Shown here piece after piece: positions 1 to 9,669 of a DNA stretch of 64,000 bases (position 1 is its first letter; every line of letters starts with the position of its first letter). A program made the position numbers and the translations under genes. Source of the stretch: Nitrospirota bacterium (lineage in GTDB: Bacteria; Nitrospirota; UBA9217); contig DASPQB010000253.1 in assembly GCA_035625205.1 (NCBI GenBank), forward strand, positions 4,930 to 68,929, in the 5' to 3' direction. The notes under the pieces were generated by a model. It ran no database searches and had not been told where the DNA came from. It saw only the letters and a list, made by a program, of their open reading frames with translations.

Positions 1-510
1 GTTTTCTATCGGGAGAGACTGCTTCCAACGGCGCGGTTGACGCTTTCACCGGAGGAACGCACTCGGTTCGAGATCAACCTTTTCAAAGCTGTAATCAAAG
101 CAAAAAAACCGGTTCTGGCCATTTGTTACGGAGCGCAACTGGTGAATGTGGCCCTCGGCGGTAAATTATACCAGGATATTGACCAACAGATTCGTCGCCC
201 GATCGCGCATGGTCCTGCACGCAGGGGTGAAGCGGTTTTTCACGATGTCGACATCCTTGAAGGTACGCTTCTCTCGAGCATCATGGGAGTTTCCCGCATC
301 CGCGTACGAAGCGCGCACCACCAGAGCGTGAAGAACCCAGGCCGCGGGCTCCATCTCTCCGCAGTTGCCCACGACAAAGTGATCGAAGCCCTCGAGCCAA
401 GGTCTAAACAGTTCCTGCTGGCAGTACAGTGGCACCCGGAAAAAACTCCAAATGACCGATATTCCAAGAAATTATTCGCGGCATTTATCAACGCGTCAAA
501 AAAATCATAG
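1..510 (+). CDS. Class I glutamine amidotransferase-like / gamma-glutamyl hydrolase (peptidase C26, PuuD-like), 5'-truncated by window edge
   Basis: Reading frame is open from base 1. Motifs AICYGAQL (nucleophile Cys in G-x-C-x-G-x-Q context), HHQS and WHPE match the class I GATase/C26 catalytic region. Confidence 0.55.
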   Translation, partial: VFYRERLLPTARLTLSPEERTRFEINLFKAVIKAKKPVLAICYGAQLVNVALGGKLYQDIDQQIRRPIAHGPARRGEAVFHDVDILEGTLLSSIMGVSRIRVRSAHHQSVKNPGRGLHLSAVAHDKVIEALEPRSKQFLLAVQWHPEKTPNDRYSKKLFAAFINASKKS

Positions 511-2119
511 CTCGCAAAGGGCAGCCGCATCGCGCAGGCCGTTCGCGCCTCTCCTTGTCACGCTCTCTATCCTTGTATTATTTCTTTTCGCGGGATGCCA
601 TCATTCCGATGACGGCCGTCTCCCCGGCTACCTCTACCTCAGGCTGAATAGCAACCCGACAACGCTGGATCCCGCGCTGGTCACCGATGTTCTGGGAGGG
701 GCAATCACGGCCAAGCTTTTCAATGGGCTGGTCCGCTTCAACGAGAGCCTGGATATCGTTCCTGATATCGCCCGTTCCTGGAAACTCTCGGACGATCAGA
801 TGACCTACACGTTCCGCCTCCGGAGGGATGTCACGTTTGGCAACGGACGTAAGGTCACGGCCCAGGATTTTAAGTACTCTTTCGAGCGCGTACTCCAGCC
901 GCAAACGAAAGCCCCACTCACGTGGGTCCTCGATAAGATTCAAGGTGCCGGCGACGTAATTTCCGGGAAGACCAAAAGCGTGTCCGGCATCAGCGTCGTA
1001 AATGACCATACCCTCATGCTCAAACTGGAGAAGCCCTTCGGTCCGTTCCTGTCACTTCTGGCCATGACGACCGCGTATGTCGTTCCCCGCGAGGAAGTGG
1101 AACGGCTGGGTCAGGACTTTGGCACTCATCCGGCTGGAAGCGGGCCCTACGTGCTCACGGAGTGGAAGCATGGCCAGCACGTTATCCTAGCCGCGCGGGA
1201 AGATTATTTTGAAGGGAAACCGACGTTAAACGGGATATTTTACCGCGTCATCCCCGAGGACATGACCGCAGTGCTCGAATTTGAAACGGGCAGGCTCGAC
1301 GTACTTGAAATTCCGTCATCGGAATATCACCGCTATACTACTGACCCTCAATGGCGAGATCTCGTTTACGGCAGAACGGGGTTGAACACCTACTATCTGG
1401 GGCTCAATTGCACGCGTCCGCCTTTCGAAGATATCCGCGTGCGACGGGCCGTGAATTATGCAATTGATCGCCAGCACATCCTGTACACGATCTTTGAAAA
1501 ACGCGGCATCCTGGCCTCAGGGCCGATCCCTCCCGGTTTGTGGAAAAGCAAGATCTGGCCGCAGACCTCGGAGGGTTACGCGTATGATCCCCAGAAAGCG
1601 AAGGAATTGATCAGGGAGGCCGGGGCCGAAGGGACAACGATCAGGATATACATCCCGTCTGATCCGGAGGTCCTCGACATAGTCGAAGTCATCCAGGATT
1701 ATCTCGCGAAGTCAGGACTCAAGTCTGAAATAACAGAACTCGACTGGAGCGCCTTTAAACAAGCAGTGAACGAGGGAGAACCAGACGCTTTCTGGCTCTC
1801 CTGGTGGGCCGACTACCCGGACCCGGAAAATTTTCTGTTTCCCCTTTTCCATTCAGCAAGCGTAGGGTCCACTGGCAATAGAACGCGCTGCCTCGATCCG
1901 GAGCTTGACCGGCTGATCGAAACAGCTCGGAACACGATGGACGAACAGCGGCGCTACAGGATCTATCGGCAGGCCGAAAACCGCATCATCAAGGACGCTC
2001 CATGGGTATTCATGTGGCACAAGGCGGACCATTTTGTGGTGCAACCATGGGTTAAGGACTTCAGAGTATATCCTATCTATTCCATCGACAAGCGAATGGA
2101 TGTCAGGATCAACCGATGA
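452..2119 (+). CDS. ABC transporter substrate-binding protein, family 5 (peptide/nickel type), lipoprotein or Tat-like N-terminus
   Basis: 555-aa ORF. N-terminal SRRPFAPLL followed by a hydrophobic stretch and LFAGC lipobox. Length and motifs (e.g. WLSWWADYPDPENF) are typical of DppA/OppA/NikA-family solute-binding proteins. Confidence 0.8.
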   Translation: MTDIPRNYSRHLSTRQKNHSSQRAAASRRPFAPLLVTLSILVLFLFAGCHHSDDGRLPGYLYLRLNSNPTTLDPALVTDVLGGAITAKLFNGLVRFNESLDIVPDIARSWKLSDDQMTYTFRLRRDVTFGNGRKVTAQDFKYSFERVLQPQTKAPLTWVLDKIQGAGDVISGKTKSVSGISVVNDHTLMLKLEKPFGPFLSLLAMTTAYVVPREEVERLGQDFGTHPAGSGPYVLTEWKHGQHVILAAREDYFEGKPTLNGIFYRVIPEDMTAVLEFETGRLDVLEIPSSEYHRYTTDPQWRDLVYGRTGLNTYYLGLNCTRPPFEDIRVRRAVNYAIDRQHILYTIFEKRGILASGPIPPGLWKSKIWPQTSEGYAYDPQKAKELIREAGAEGTTIRIYIPSDPEVLDIVEVIQDYLAKSGLKSEITELDWSAFKQAVNEGEPDAFWLSWWADYPDPENFLFPLFHSASVGSTGNRTRCLDPELDRLIETARNTMDEQRRYRIYRQAENRIIKDAPWVFMWHKADHFVVQPWVKDFRVYPIYSIDKRMDVRINR

Positions 2120-2146
2120 TGACAGCCCCGATGAGGGAGCCCATCG

Positions 2147-2665
2147 TTAAAAAAAACGAAGTTCATCCCTGGGAGTCCTTCTCCTCTCCCGGCTGTTATC
2201 CGTCCCGCAAGAAAGAATGATGGGAGTTCGAAAATATTCCTCACCTTGAATCCCGCCGACAATCTCGGATCGCTCGACACCAGCAACGTCATGCTTTATC
2301 ACAAAACGATATGTACCGTGGCTGAATCTTTTAGTGATGCGCGGAAGAAATCTGACAGAATCCGGCGGAACATTCGGATAACTGTTTCCTCTTTTCTGCT
2401 CATCGTCACCACGAAGAATAACGTCACCGCGTGGCTTGCGAACCGTATACCGCGGGAGCTCTTGGAAAAAGGCGAAAAACCATACTGGACTCCAGTTCCA
2501 TGCATTTCCCGACCATACGTAGAATACAAGTACTGCCGCAGACAATTCAACCAAAAAAGACGGACAGAAAAAATCTGCTCGAATGAACGCCTCCTTCCCA
2601 ATGGCATGCAAAACGTGCGCTTCTTTTGTAAAAGAGTAAGTACTTCTCTCCTCCTGCGGTGTCAT
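2147..2665 (-). CDS. Hypothetical protein (weak call)
   Basis: 172-aa ORF downstream of and co-directional with the DUF1059 gene. No recognisable family. Overlapped by an equally long opposite-strand ORF, so coding status is uncertain. Confidence 0.2.
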   Translation of the reverse strand: MTPQEERSTYSFTKEAHVLHAIGKEAFIRADFFCPSFLVELSAAVLVFYVWSGNAWNWSPVWFFAFFQELPRYTVRKPRGDVILRGDDEQKRGNSYPNVPPDSVRFLPRITKRFSHGTYRFVIKHDVAGVERSEIVGGIQGEEYFRTPIILSCGTDNSRERRRTPRDELRFF

Positions 2666-2715
2666 TCATCCCCGACGAGAAGAGATCCCTACCATTCCCG
2701 TTCGGTCGTTCTTGT

Positions 2716-3123
2716 TTATCCTTTCCAGGTACGGAGAGAATTCACAACTTTCAGCTTCAGCTCAGGTGTAAACTCTGAGATGCCATGTGCCTCGCGCGCA
2801 TGAACAGCTACGCCGTCTATGATCAGATCCTCGGTTTGTGCTATGTACCTGAACCCACAATTCATTCCCAGATCTTTGCACTTAAACTCTTTGAGAACGG
2901 GCTCCTTGTCTTCCGACGGAAATTCTACGTTCTGGCCCTTGGCAAAGGTCTGCTTTATTTTGCCCACCATATCCTGGTTCAAATCAGCCACCCCGTGCAC
3001 ATCACGCAGATGTATCGCGACCACATCCGTCAACAGTTCTTCGGTCCGAGCAACATGCTTCCATCCACAATTATATCCCAAGCTCCTGCAGGCAAACTCT
3101 CTCATGACAGACCTCCTCACCAT
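2716..3123 (-). CDS. Tandem DUF1059-like small protein (two ~55-aa repeats)
   Basis: Two internal repeats: MREFACRSLGYNCGWKHVARTEELLTDVVAIHLRDVHGV and KEFKCKDLGMNCGFRYIAQTEDLIIDGVAVHAREAHGI. Pattern C-x-x-G-x-x-C-G ... H-x-x-x-x-HG resembles DUF1059. The true start may be the internal Met at MREF. Confidence 0.5.
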   Translation of the reverse strand: MVRRSVMREFACRSLGYNCGWKHVARTEELLTDVVAIHLRDVHGVADLNQDMVGKIKQTFAKGQNVEFPSEDKEPVLKEFKCKDLGMNCGFRYIAQTEDLIIDGVAVHAREAHGISEFTPELKLKVVNSLRTWKG

Positions 3124-3252
3124 AGTTTAGTATTAAAACCGTTTTTCGTATTCTTTCCTTAAATATAGCACCGGAGCAACGCATCTGCAGAAAAGGCCGT
3201 AGATTGTCGGAGGGAATAAAAAAAGAGGAAGGGATAGGGACATGCGCGCATC

Positions 3253-3285
3253 AAAAAACGCCGGCCCCTATCCAGGAAGCCGGCG
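3253..3285 (-). terminator. Rho-independent terminator downstream of ccsA
   Basis: Minus-strand reading: CGCCGGC-ttcctggatagg-GGCCGGCG stem followed by TTTTTT, ~50 nt past the ccsA stop. Confidence 0.5.
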
Positions 3286-3332
3286 TTGTGATCACACATA
3301 ACCAATTATCGGAAATAATCTCTTTTGCTCTA

Positions 3333-4628
3333 TTAATTCATTCCTCCGTAGGAGTGCAGACCGGACAGAACGAGGTTGACCCCGAGGTATGTGAAAATGA
3401 CCGCCAAAAAACCGACTGAGGAAATAACGGCCATCTGGGTGCCTTTCCAACCCCGAACATATCTGGAGTGAAGATAAATGGCGTAAACGAACCACGTAAT
3501 GAGCGACCAGGTCTCCTTGGGATCCCAACTCCAGTAGGTGCCCCAGGCGCTGTTGGCCCAGACCGCTCCGGTAATGATTCCTGCAGTGAGGAGCGGCCAT
3601 CCGATCGCTATCATGCGGTAGGTAACATCATCAAGCTGGCTCTGCACAGGGAGGTAGGGCTTCAGCAGACCCCTGAGTCCCAAACCCTTGGACCAAATAA
3701 AATAAAAGAGTGCCAGGACCGCCAGCCAGCTGATGAGCATGACGCCCGTGTTCGAATTTAAAAAGGTAGCTTCGAACATGTGCTTTTTAAATGACTCGCC
3801 TGCTGCCAGATTTTTAAAGGATATCAAATAGACAAAATCGATCCCCATGGCCACCAGCAGAACGATCGCCAGGGTCACACAGAACGACCAGAACAGGAAA
3901 ACCTGCGGCTTGTTCCTGGAGCCCGCCACAATCAGGAAGATAAACCAGGCAAGGGTCAAGACTCCCAGTCCCATCCAGAAGGCTGTCTTCATTCGGTCTC
4001 CCTGGCTTGCCATGAGATAGCCGATCGGGGCAAGTACCACGATAGCCGCAAGTGCTAAGTACAGGTTCGACCGAGAGCCCCTTTCCTCAATGTCCATTAA
4101 CAGGTATACCATGCTTATGGCAAATGCAACGCCGAAGGCCGCGTAGCCGAGGAAACTCACAAGGACGTGATAGAACAGCCAGTTGCTCTTAAGCGCCGGT
4201 ACCAAGGGCGTGATATCGGAGCTGATGCCGGCCACATTGATGAATGCAAGGGAGAGGAACGCGACGGGCATCACAAAAGCGCCGAACGCCTTTGTCTTAT
4301 ATTTGAATTCCACTACAAGATAGATTAATACGGTACTCCACGTGAAGAACACCAGCGATTCATAAAGATTGGACAGCGGTATCCTGCCGATGTCCATCTG
4401 GTAGGACTCGCGCCACCGGAGCAGCAAGGCTGCGGTCTGCACTAAAAACCCGAAAACCGTCACGATCGTGGCTGCCTGGCCGATACCGTTTTTTCGGAAG
4501 GCAAGGTAGCCGAAGTACAGCACCATCGCGACGAGATATGCCAGTGTTGCTATACTAAAAAGTAATGAACTGTTCATTGAATCCTCCTGAATAACACTTG
4601 AAGCATTTGGAAAATCTCGATCCACCAC
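3333..4628 (-). CDS. ccsA: Cytochrome c biogenesis protein CcsA/ResC (System II haem handling)
   Basis: Polytopic membrane protein with the WWD-type motif WGTYWSWDPKETWSLITW, diagnostic of CcsA/ResC/CcmF-family haem-handling proteins. Located next to resB. Confidence 0.85.
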   Translation of the reverse strand: MVDRDFPNASSVIQEDSMNSSLLFSIATLAYLVAMVLYFGYLAFRKNGIGQAATIVTVFGFLVQTAALLLRWRESYQMDIGRIPLSNLYESLVFFTWSTVLIYLVVEFKYKTKAFGAFVMPVAFLSLAFINVAGISSDITPLVPALKSNWLFYHVLVSFLGYAAFGVAFAISMVYLLMDIEERGSRSNLYLALAAIVVLAPIGYLMASQGDRMKTAFWMGLGVLTLAWFIFLIVAGSRNKPQVFLFWSFCVTLAIVLLVAMGIDFVYLISFKNLAAGESFKKHMFEATFLNSNTGVMLISWLAVLALFYFIWSKGLGLRGLLKPYLPVQSQLDDVTYRMIAIGWPLLTAGIITGAVWANSAWGTYWSWDPKETWSLITWFVYAIYLHSRYVRGWKGTQMAVISSVGFLAVIFTYLGVNLVLSGLHSYGGMN

Positions 4629-4784
4629 GGGGCATGAAGACAGGGCGAGCGCACCCCTATAAAATCAGGATGAAATAACTCTGCAAGACAGATCTTCCTG
4701 CACCGCTCACGTTCCCCAGAGCAATGTTCCTTTGTTCTCCGCCACTTGACGGGAGACTTCTTTCTTCCGGATATTCGGACCCGG

Positions 4785-6296
4785 CTACTTTAATATGTCT
4801 TCTGATATCCTGTTAAATTCTCGTTCAAACCCAATCCTGTTCCGGTTTGCGGAGCCCGCAACAAGAATGGCCGTTTGGCCATTTCGGTTCCGGATACTTA
4901 TCCATAGCTTCCGGTGAGAACCGAAGAATGCAATCGGCGGTCCGATGCAAAGCATAATGAATCCTATATAGACTACCCAAACTCCCGGATCCTTCGTGAC
5001 CTGGAGACCGGTGTAACGGGCCCCCACGAAGCCACGGTAACTGATCACATAATCCTCGGGCATATAGGGTTCCACAGAATCCGTTTTGAGGATGGTGGTA
5101 CGGTAAAGCTCCTTATTTCCTCGGTATACCTCGAGTTCCACGGCGGGGTTTATGAACTCCTGTCTTTCCGCGTTGAAATACTGTACCTGACCGGTGGAAG
5201 GACTTCTCATAGCGAAGGGCTCAAATGAGAGGACCTTGATCGTCCTGTCGATGGACGGAATATGGAGCGAGGCACCGGGGTCTATCACGACCGTCTCCCC
5301 GCCCGTCCGGTTGTCGTTTTTCTTGCGGATGTTTAACACGACCTTCCCGCGGCTCATCTGAGTCACCCCGTAGCTCGACTGATAGAAGGTTATCCCATGA
5401 AAGGTAAGAGGGTCGTTCACCCTGATCCGCTTGTCCAAGATCTTTTGGCCGTTAAGGTCGAAAATACTGAGCGTGCTATGATATTCCGAGGGCATGCCGG
5501 TCGGCATCCCCGATTGACTCATATAGTAATCGACATCGAAATTGTCGCACCGGACATAGTAACCGAGTGGCATGGCGGGAACACCTACTTGGGGATCATG
5601 GATTACCGGGCTCTCGGCAATGCCAAGCGCGGCTATGATCTGGTCCCACATTGGTTCGTTTCTGAGGTAGACCACCTGGGACGCAGATCCTTCCGGAAGG
5701 TTCAAGAACGCCTTGAACCCAAAGAACGAGCCGATAAGAGCTCCCGTAAAGATGAGAAGGATGCTCACGTGGGTAATATATACACCAAAACGGCTAAACA
5801 CCCCTTTCTGCGAGATGTACTGCGTACCGTTCGACCCTTTGGACTCCACAAAACGAAATCCCCGCGCTTTGAGCACGGCAGCAGCCTTCTCCTCGGCCTT
5901 ACCCATATCGGCCTTCAGTTGAATCTCTTTCTTGAACGGTACAGCTTTCAAGCTGTCTTCATCGATCGGTTTAAGCGGTGCTCTGGCAAGTTTCCATGTG
6001 TGTGGGAACCGCTCGAGCGTACAGATCGTAAGATTTGCCGTAAACAGAAAGAGGAGCAGAATGAACCACCATGTGTGGTACATATCGAAGAATCCCAAGG
6101 CCTCGAAGAGCTGAACCGTGCTCTGACTGTATTCCCGGAGATAGCGTTCCGGGGCCTCGTTCTGCTGGATGACGGTCCCGATGACCGACACGATCGCCAA
6201 AATGATCAGCAACACCACTGCAAGTTTTACGGACGAAAAGAATTTCCAAACCTTTTCGGCGGCGATTTCTACAATCCCTTTTTGATTTTCCAACAC
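4785..6296 (-). CDS. resB: Cytochrome c biogenesis protein ResB/Ccs1
   Basis: 503 aa. N-terminal TM helices (VKLAVVLLIILAIVSVIGTVI), a large soluble domain and a C-terminal TM helix. Classic resB-ccsA gene pair. Confidence 0.75.
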   Translation of the reverse strand: MLENQKGIVEIAAEKVWKFFSSVKLAVVLLIILAIVSVIGTVIQQNEAPERYLREYSQSTVQLFEALGFFDMYHTWWFILLLFLFTANLTICTLERFPHTWKLARAPLKPIDEDSLKAVPFKKEIQLKADMGKAEEKAAAVLKARGFRFVESKGSNGTQYISQKGVFSRFGVYITHVSILLIFTGALIGSFFGFKAFLNLPEGSASQVVYLRNEPMWDQIIAALGIAESPVIHDPQVGVPAMPLGYYVRCDNFDVDYYMSQSGMPTGMPSEYHSTLSIFDLNGQKILDKRIRVNDPLTFHGITFYQSSYGVTQMSRGKVVLNIRKKNDNRTGGETVVIDPGASLHIPSIDRTIKVLSFEPFAMRSPSTGQVQYFNAERQEFINPAVELEVYRGNKELYRTTILKTDSVEPYMPEDYVISYRGFVGARYTGLQVTKDPGVWVVYIGFIMLCIGPPIAFFGSHRKLWISIRNRNGQTAILVAGSANRNRIGFEREFNRISEDILK

Positions 6297-6443
6297 AGCC
6301 TCCTGGTAAAAACAGTCCCGCTAAATTATCACATCAGCTTCGGAGTGTCAAGGAATTTGGCCAGAACGGCAGCCTACCTCGCAGGAGAGGCAGCAAGTAT
6401 GATACTGCAATCACAGCACTGTAGTTTTCAGTCCATTACGTGG

Positions 6444-7346
6444 TCACTGACAGATCTCGTCTTGTTTGCACATTCCTTCATCAGCAGCCGAGGTCGCCGG
6501 TGCAGTCAGCATGTCTGGCTGCCTAAAAATATCGATTGTTGCGCCCGAGTTTGGAACAACCCGTACTTCCTTCTTGGGCGCCTTTTTTTTTACAGCCTTG
6601 GCCTGCACTGCCTTGGGCACCGTACACGCGAGAAGGTAGCGGTTTATGGCGTCCGTCCCGGTCAACAATATCTTCTGGTTCGGGTCGTTTATCATGAGAG
6701 TGGGCACGGTTTCGATCCCGATGTTTTTTAGGAACCCGACATATTCCTTCACCGGTAAATGCGCTACGCTGATCTTTTTGTCATCAAACTCCTTCATGAC
6801 CTCGGCGCAGTGTTTGCAGTCCTTGCTGTAAAACAGGATGAGCCGTTCGTTCGTCGGCAGGTTTAAAGGCACGCCTGCAGGCAGGACAAGATACTGGATT
6901 ATGAAGATCGCGAAAAGGGCAGCAAATCCTGCGATGATATCTTTTTCCCCGGAGAGAAGCCTCATGATTCCGAGAGTGACCATAAAACAGAAGATTGTGA
7001 CGCAGAAGAGGCAGAGCGTGTGTATCCTGAACGCCAAATACCCCATGAAAAACCCTTCGCCTGCCAGTGCAACGACGAGGATGAGATTGATCAGCCGTTC
7101 GATTACCGGCTTCTGGAAGCGCCGATTCAATATCGTGAAGGCCATGATCGAAAAAAAAGTTGCAAACCCTATGAGAAATATTGATATATCACCGAATCTC
7201 GCCGACTGCGCTGTCATCTTGCATCCTTCGGCGGCACAGATGCTCTTTCCGAAGGACTGCAGGACGATTTCGGTGAGCACAAAAAGTGAAGCAAGCATGC
7301 TCGCAACCAAAAAAATTGTATCGAAGGTTTTTTTATGCCTTTGCAT
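6444..7346 (-). CDS. Vitamin K epoxide reductase (VKOR)-family membrane domain fused to a thioredoxin-like domain
   Basis: N-terminal multi-TM region with a CAAEGC pair. C-terminal soluble domain with the thioredoxin CKHC motif. Lies in a thiol-redox / cytochrome c maturation context. Confidence 0.6.
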   Translation of the reverse strand: MQRHKKTFDTIFLVASMLASLFVLTEIVLQSFGKSICAAEGCKMTAQSARFGDISIFLIGFATFFSIMAFTILNRRFQKPVIERLINLILVVALAGEGFFMGYLAFRIHTLCLFCVTIFCFMVTLGIMRLLSGEKDIIAGFAALFAIFIIQYLVLPAGVPLNLPTNERLILFYSKDCKHCAEVMKEFDDKKISVAHLPVKEYVGFLKNIGIETVPTLMINDPNQKILLTGTDAINRYLLACTVPKAVQAKAVKKKAPKKEVRVVPNSGATIDIFRQPDMLTAPATSAADEGMCKQDEICQ

Positions 7347-7574
7347 GTCCTTTTTCCCTTTAACTTATTTCATTTCATCAGCAGTGTGCTGGTTGCCTTC
7401 CGTTTACCACCTGAAAACAATTACGCCAACGGACGTCCCCCACGAGCGGTATGCATTGTCGCTTGTTTTTCTCTTCCAGGAATGGATGCGGGTGGCAAAA
7501 TTGCTGCCTCGCCTTGAGCCAACTTCGCATCGACAATTTTAAATAGACGCGGGGCTTCGCTCTCCAACGAGGCT

Positions 7575-8894
7575 TTACAACAGCGTTGCCGCGAGCTCCG
7601 CAAGATCAGAGCGTTCGCCCTTCACCAAAGTGATGTGGCCGGCGATGGGCTCTTCCTTGAACCGTTCGACGACGAAGGTTAGGCCATTGCTCGACGAGTC
7701 GATATATGGATTGTCGATCTGATAGGGGTCCCCGGTAAGGACGATCTTCGTCCCCTCGCCAGCGCGAGTGATTATCGTCTTGATTTCGTGCGGCGTCAGG
7801 TTCTGCGCCTCGTCCACGATCAGATACTGGTTCGGCATGCTGCGTCCGCGAATATAGGTGAGCGGTTCAACCTCAATCATGCCAAGATCAAAAAGTCCCT
7901 GGAGGTCCTTCTTGCCCTTGGCGCGGCCGGCCATGGTCGATGCACCCATAAGAAAATCGAGGTTGTCACGAATCGGCTGCATCCAAGGCCGGAGTTTCTC
8001 CTCGATGTCGCCGGGCAGGAACCCGATGTCCTTGCCGAGCGGGAACACGGGGCGCGAGACCACGAGCCGCTGGTATGCCCTGTTTTCGATGGTCTTCTCA
8101 AGGCCAGCGGCAAGCGCAAGCAGGGTCTTTCCCGTACCGGCCTTGCCCACGAGTGTCACCAGATTGATGTCGTCGTTGAGGAGCAGGTCGAGGGCAAACT
8201 GTTGCTGTTTGTTCCGCGCATTAATGCCCCACACGCCGTGTTTGGTGTTCACAATGGGAACGAGGACGTTCTTTTGTTGTTGATATCTCGCTAATGCCGT
8301 TTGGGACGAGTTAGCGCTGTTCTTAAGCAATATAAACTCGTTTGGAAAAAGCCTGGGAGTGGGAGGAGGCGTGAATTCTCCCTTCGCATAAAATTCATCG
8401 ATTGCTCCCGGCTCTACCGCCAATTCCATCTCTCCCGAATAAAGCTCGTCAAAGATAATGTTGTCCGACTCGAAATCTTCGGCTTTCAGACCAAGAGCAT
8501 CAGCCTTGATGCGGAGGTTCGTGTCTTTGGTCACGAGGATCACGGGAAGGTTTTCGTGCTTCAGGTTGAGTGCTGTGGCAAGAATGCGATTGTCCGCCTT
8601 GGTTGCCACGAGCTCATCCGGAAGGTGCCCCACCGATTGGTGGTTAAGTTCGACGCACAGGCTCCCGCCTCCATCGAGTTCGACTCCCTGGGAAAGTTTC
8701 CCTTTTTGCCGCAGTTCATCGAGGATTCGCGAGACTTGACGCGCGTTTCTGCCGATTTCATCTATGCCCTTCTTGAACTTGTCCAGTTCCTCGATCACGA
8801 CAATCGGGATGATTACTTCATTGTCCTCGAAGGAGAATATCGCGTGAGGTTCATGCAGCAGAACATTAGTATCAAGTACAAATATTTTTTTCAT
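7575..8894 (-). CDS. PIN domain-PhoH-like ATPase (PhoH2/YlaK type)
   Basis: N-terminal PIN-like segment (FVLDTNVLLHEP ... IPIVVIEELD) and C-terminal P-loop GKAGTGKTLLALAAG with PhoH-like motifs. Confidence 0.8.
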   Translation of the reverse strand: MKKIFVLDTNVLLHEPHAIFSFEDNEVIIPIVVIEELDKFKKGIDEIGRNARQVSRILDELRQKGKLSQGVELDGGGSLCVELNHQSVGHLPDELVATKADNRILATALNLKHENLPVILVTKDTNLRIKADALGLKAEDFESDNIIFDELYSGEMELAVEPGAIDEFYAKGEFTPPPTPRLFPNEFILLKNSANSSQTALARYQQQKNVLVPIVNTKHGVWGINARNKQQQFALDLLLNDDINLVTLVGKAGTGKTLLALAAGLEKTIENRAYQRLVVSRPVFPLGKDIGFLPGDIEEKLRPWMQPIRDNLDFLMGASTMAGRAKGKKDLQGLFDLGMIEVEPLTYIRGRSMPNQYLIVDEAQNLTPHEIKTIITRAGEGTKIVLTGDPYQIDNPYIDSSSNGLTFVVERFKEEPIAGHITLVKGERSDLAELAATLL

Positions 8895-8907
8895 TAAACA
8901 ATCCTTT

Positions 8908-9561
8908 TCACGAGGATGAGAATCTATGTCGGGCTGTGATGCTCCCCGAAGGGATGGCTCCTTCGCGGATCACGTGCGGTATTTCAGTTCTTACATCGAT
9001 GATGGTCGACGGTTTTCCCCCTGCGGTTTCGCCTCCATCGAGGATCAGGTCAACCATGCCGCCTACCGCAGCTGCTTCCTGAGCTGTTGTTGGGCTCGGT
9101 TTTTTCGAGATATTTGCGCTCGTCCCGGTCAGAGCATGACCGAGATATCGTAGCAGGCTGCGCGTCAGTGCGTTACCCGGCACCCGGAGGCCTACGGTTC
9201 CTGTGCCCGCCGTAACTTGCGCCAGAACGTCTACCCGCGCCTTGAACACGAGCGTTAGAGGTCCTGGCCAGTATCTCTGAATAAGCATTTCTGCCTGCTG
9301 TGTAATCTCTGCGGCCCAGTCGCGTAGTTCAGTCGCGTCAGCAATGAGCAGCAGAATCGGCTGGTCCGGTAGCCTGCCCTTGATAGCAAATAACCTATTC
9401 ACGGCAGCGCTATTCCTCGGATCAGCGCCCAGCCCGTAATACGTATCCGTCGGATAGACGATAACGCCGCCCGCGGAGATCACTTCTCTGCACCGGGAAA
9501 ACGCCTGTTCAGGGTACGCAGGGTCGATTGTAACGACTTTTTCCAATAGTGAACCACTCAT
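8908..9561 (-). CDS. tsaC: L-threonylcarbamoyladenylate synthase (YrdC/TsaC/Sua5 domain)
   Basis: 217-aa YrdC-like fold with signature motifs VIVYPTDTYYGLGAD and GTSANISKKP. Confidence 0.75.
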   Translation of the reverse strand: MSGSLLEKVVTIDPAYPEQAFSRCREVISAGGVIVYPTDTYYGLGADPRNSAAVNRLFAIKGRLPDQPILLLIADATELRDWAAEITQQAEMLIQRYWPGPLTLVFKARVDVLAQVTAGTGTVGLRVPGNALTRSLLRYLGHALTGTSANISKKPSPTTAQEAAAVGGMVDLILDGGETAGGKPSTIIDVRTEIPHVIREGAIPSGSITARHRFSSS

Positions 9562-9669
9562 TACAGCTGGTCTTGGCCAGTGACGTGCCCTTGCTCCTCA
9601 CCAACAGGACTACAGTCAAAATAGCTTTCCTCAGGTCAGGGGATTTTTTCACGGTGGCCGGGGTCTGCA

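Noticed and set aside
578-1009. Antisense ORFs embedded in long, well-supported genes (e.g. 578..1009 -, 5397..6731 +, 7788..8294 +, 10594..11286 +, 40899..41639 -, 44360..45523 -, 60854..61705 -, 60950..61747 +)
   Set aside because: They lie entirely inside opposite-strand genes with clear family motifs, have no RBS context, and have biased low-complexity translations. Treated as shadow ORFs.
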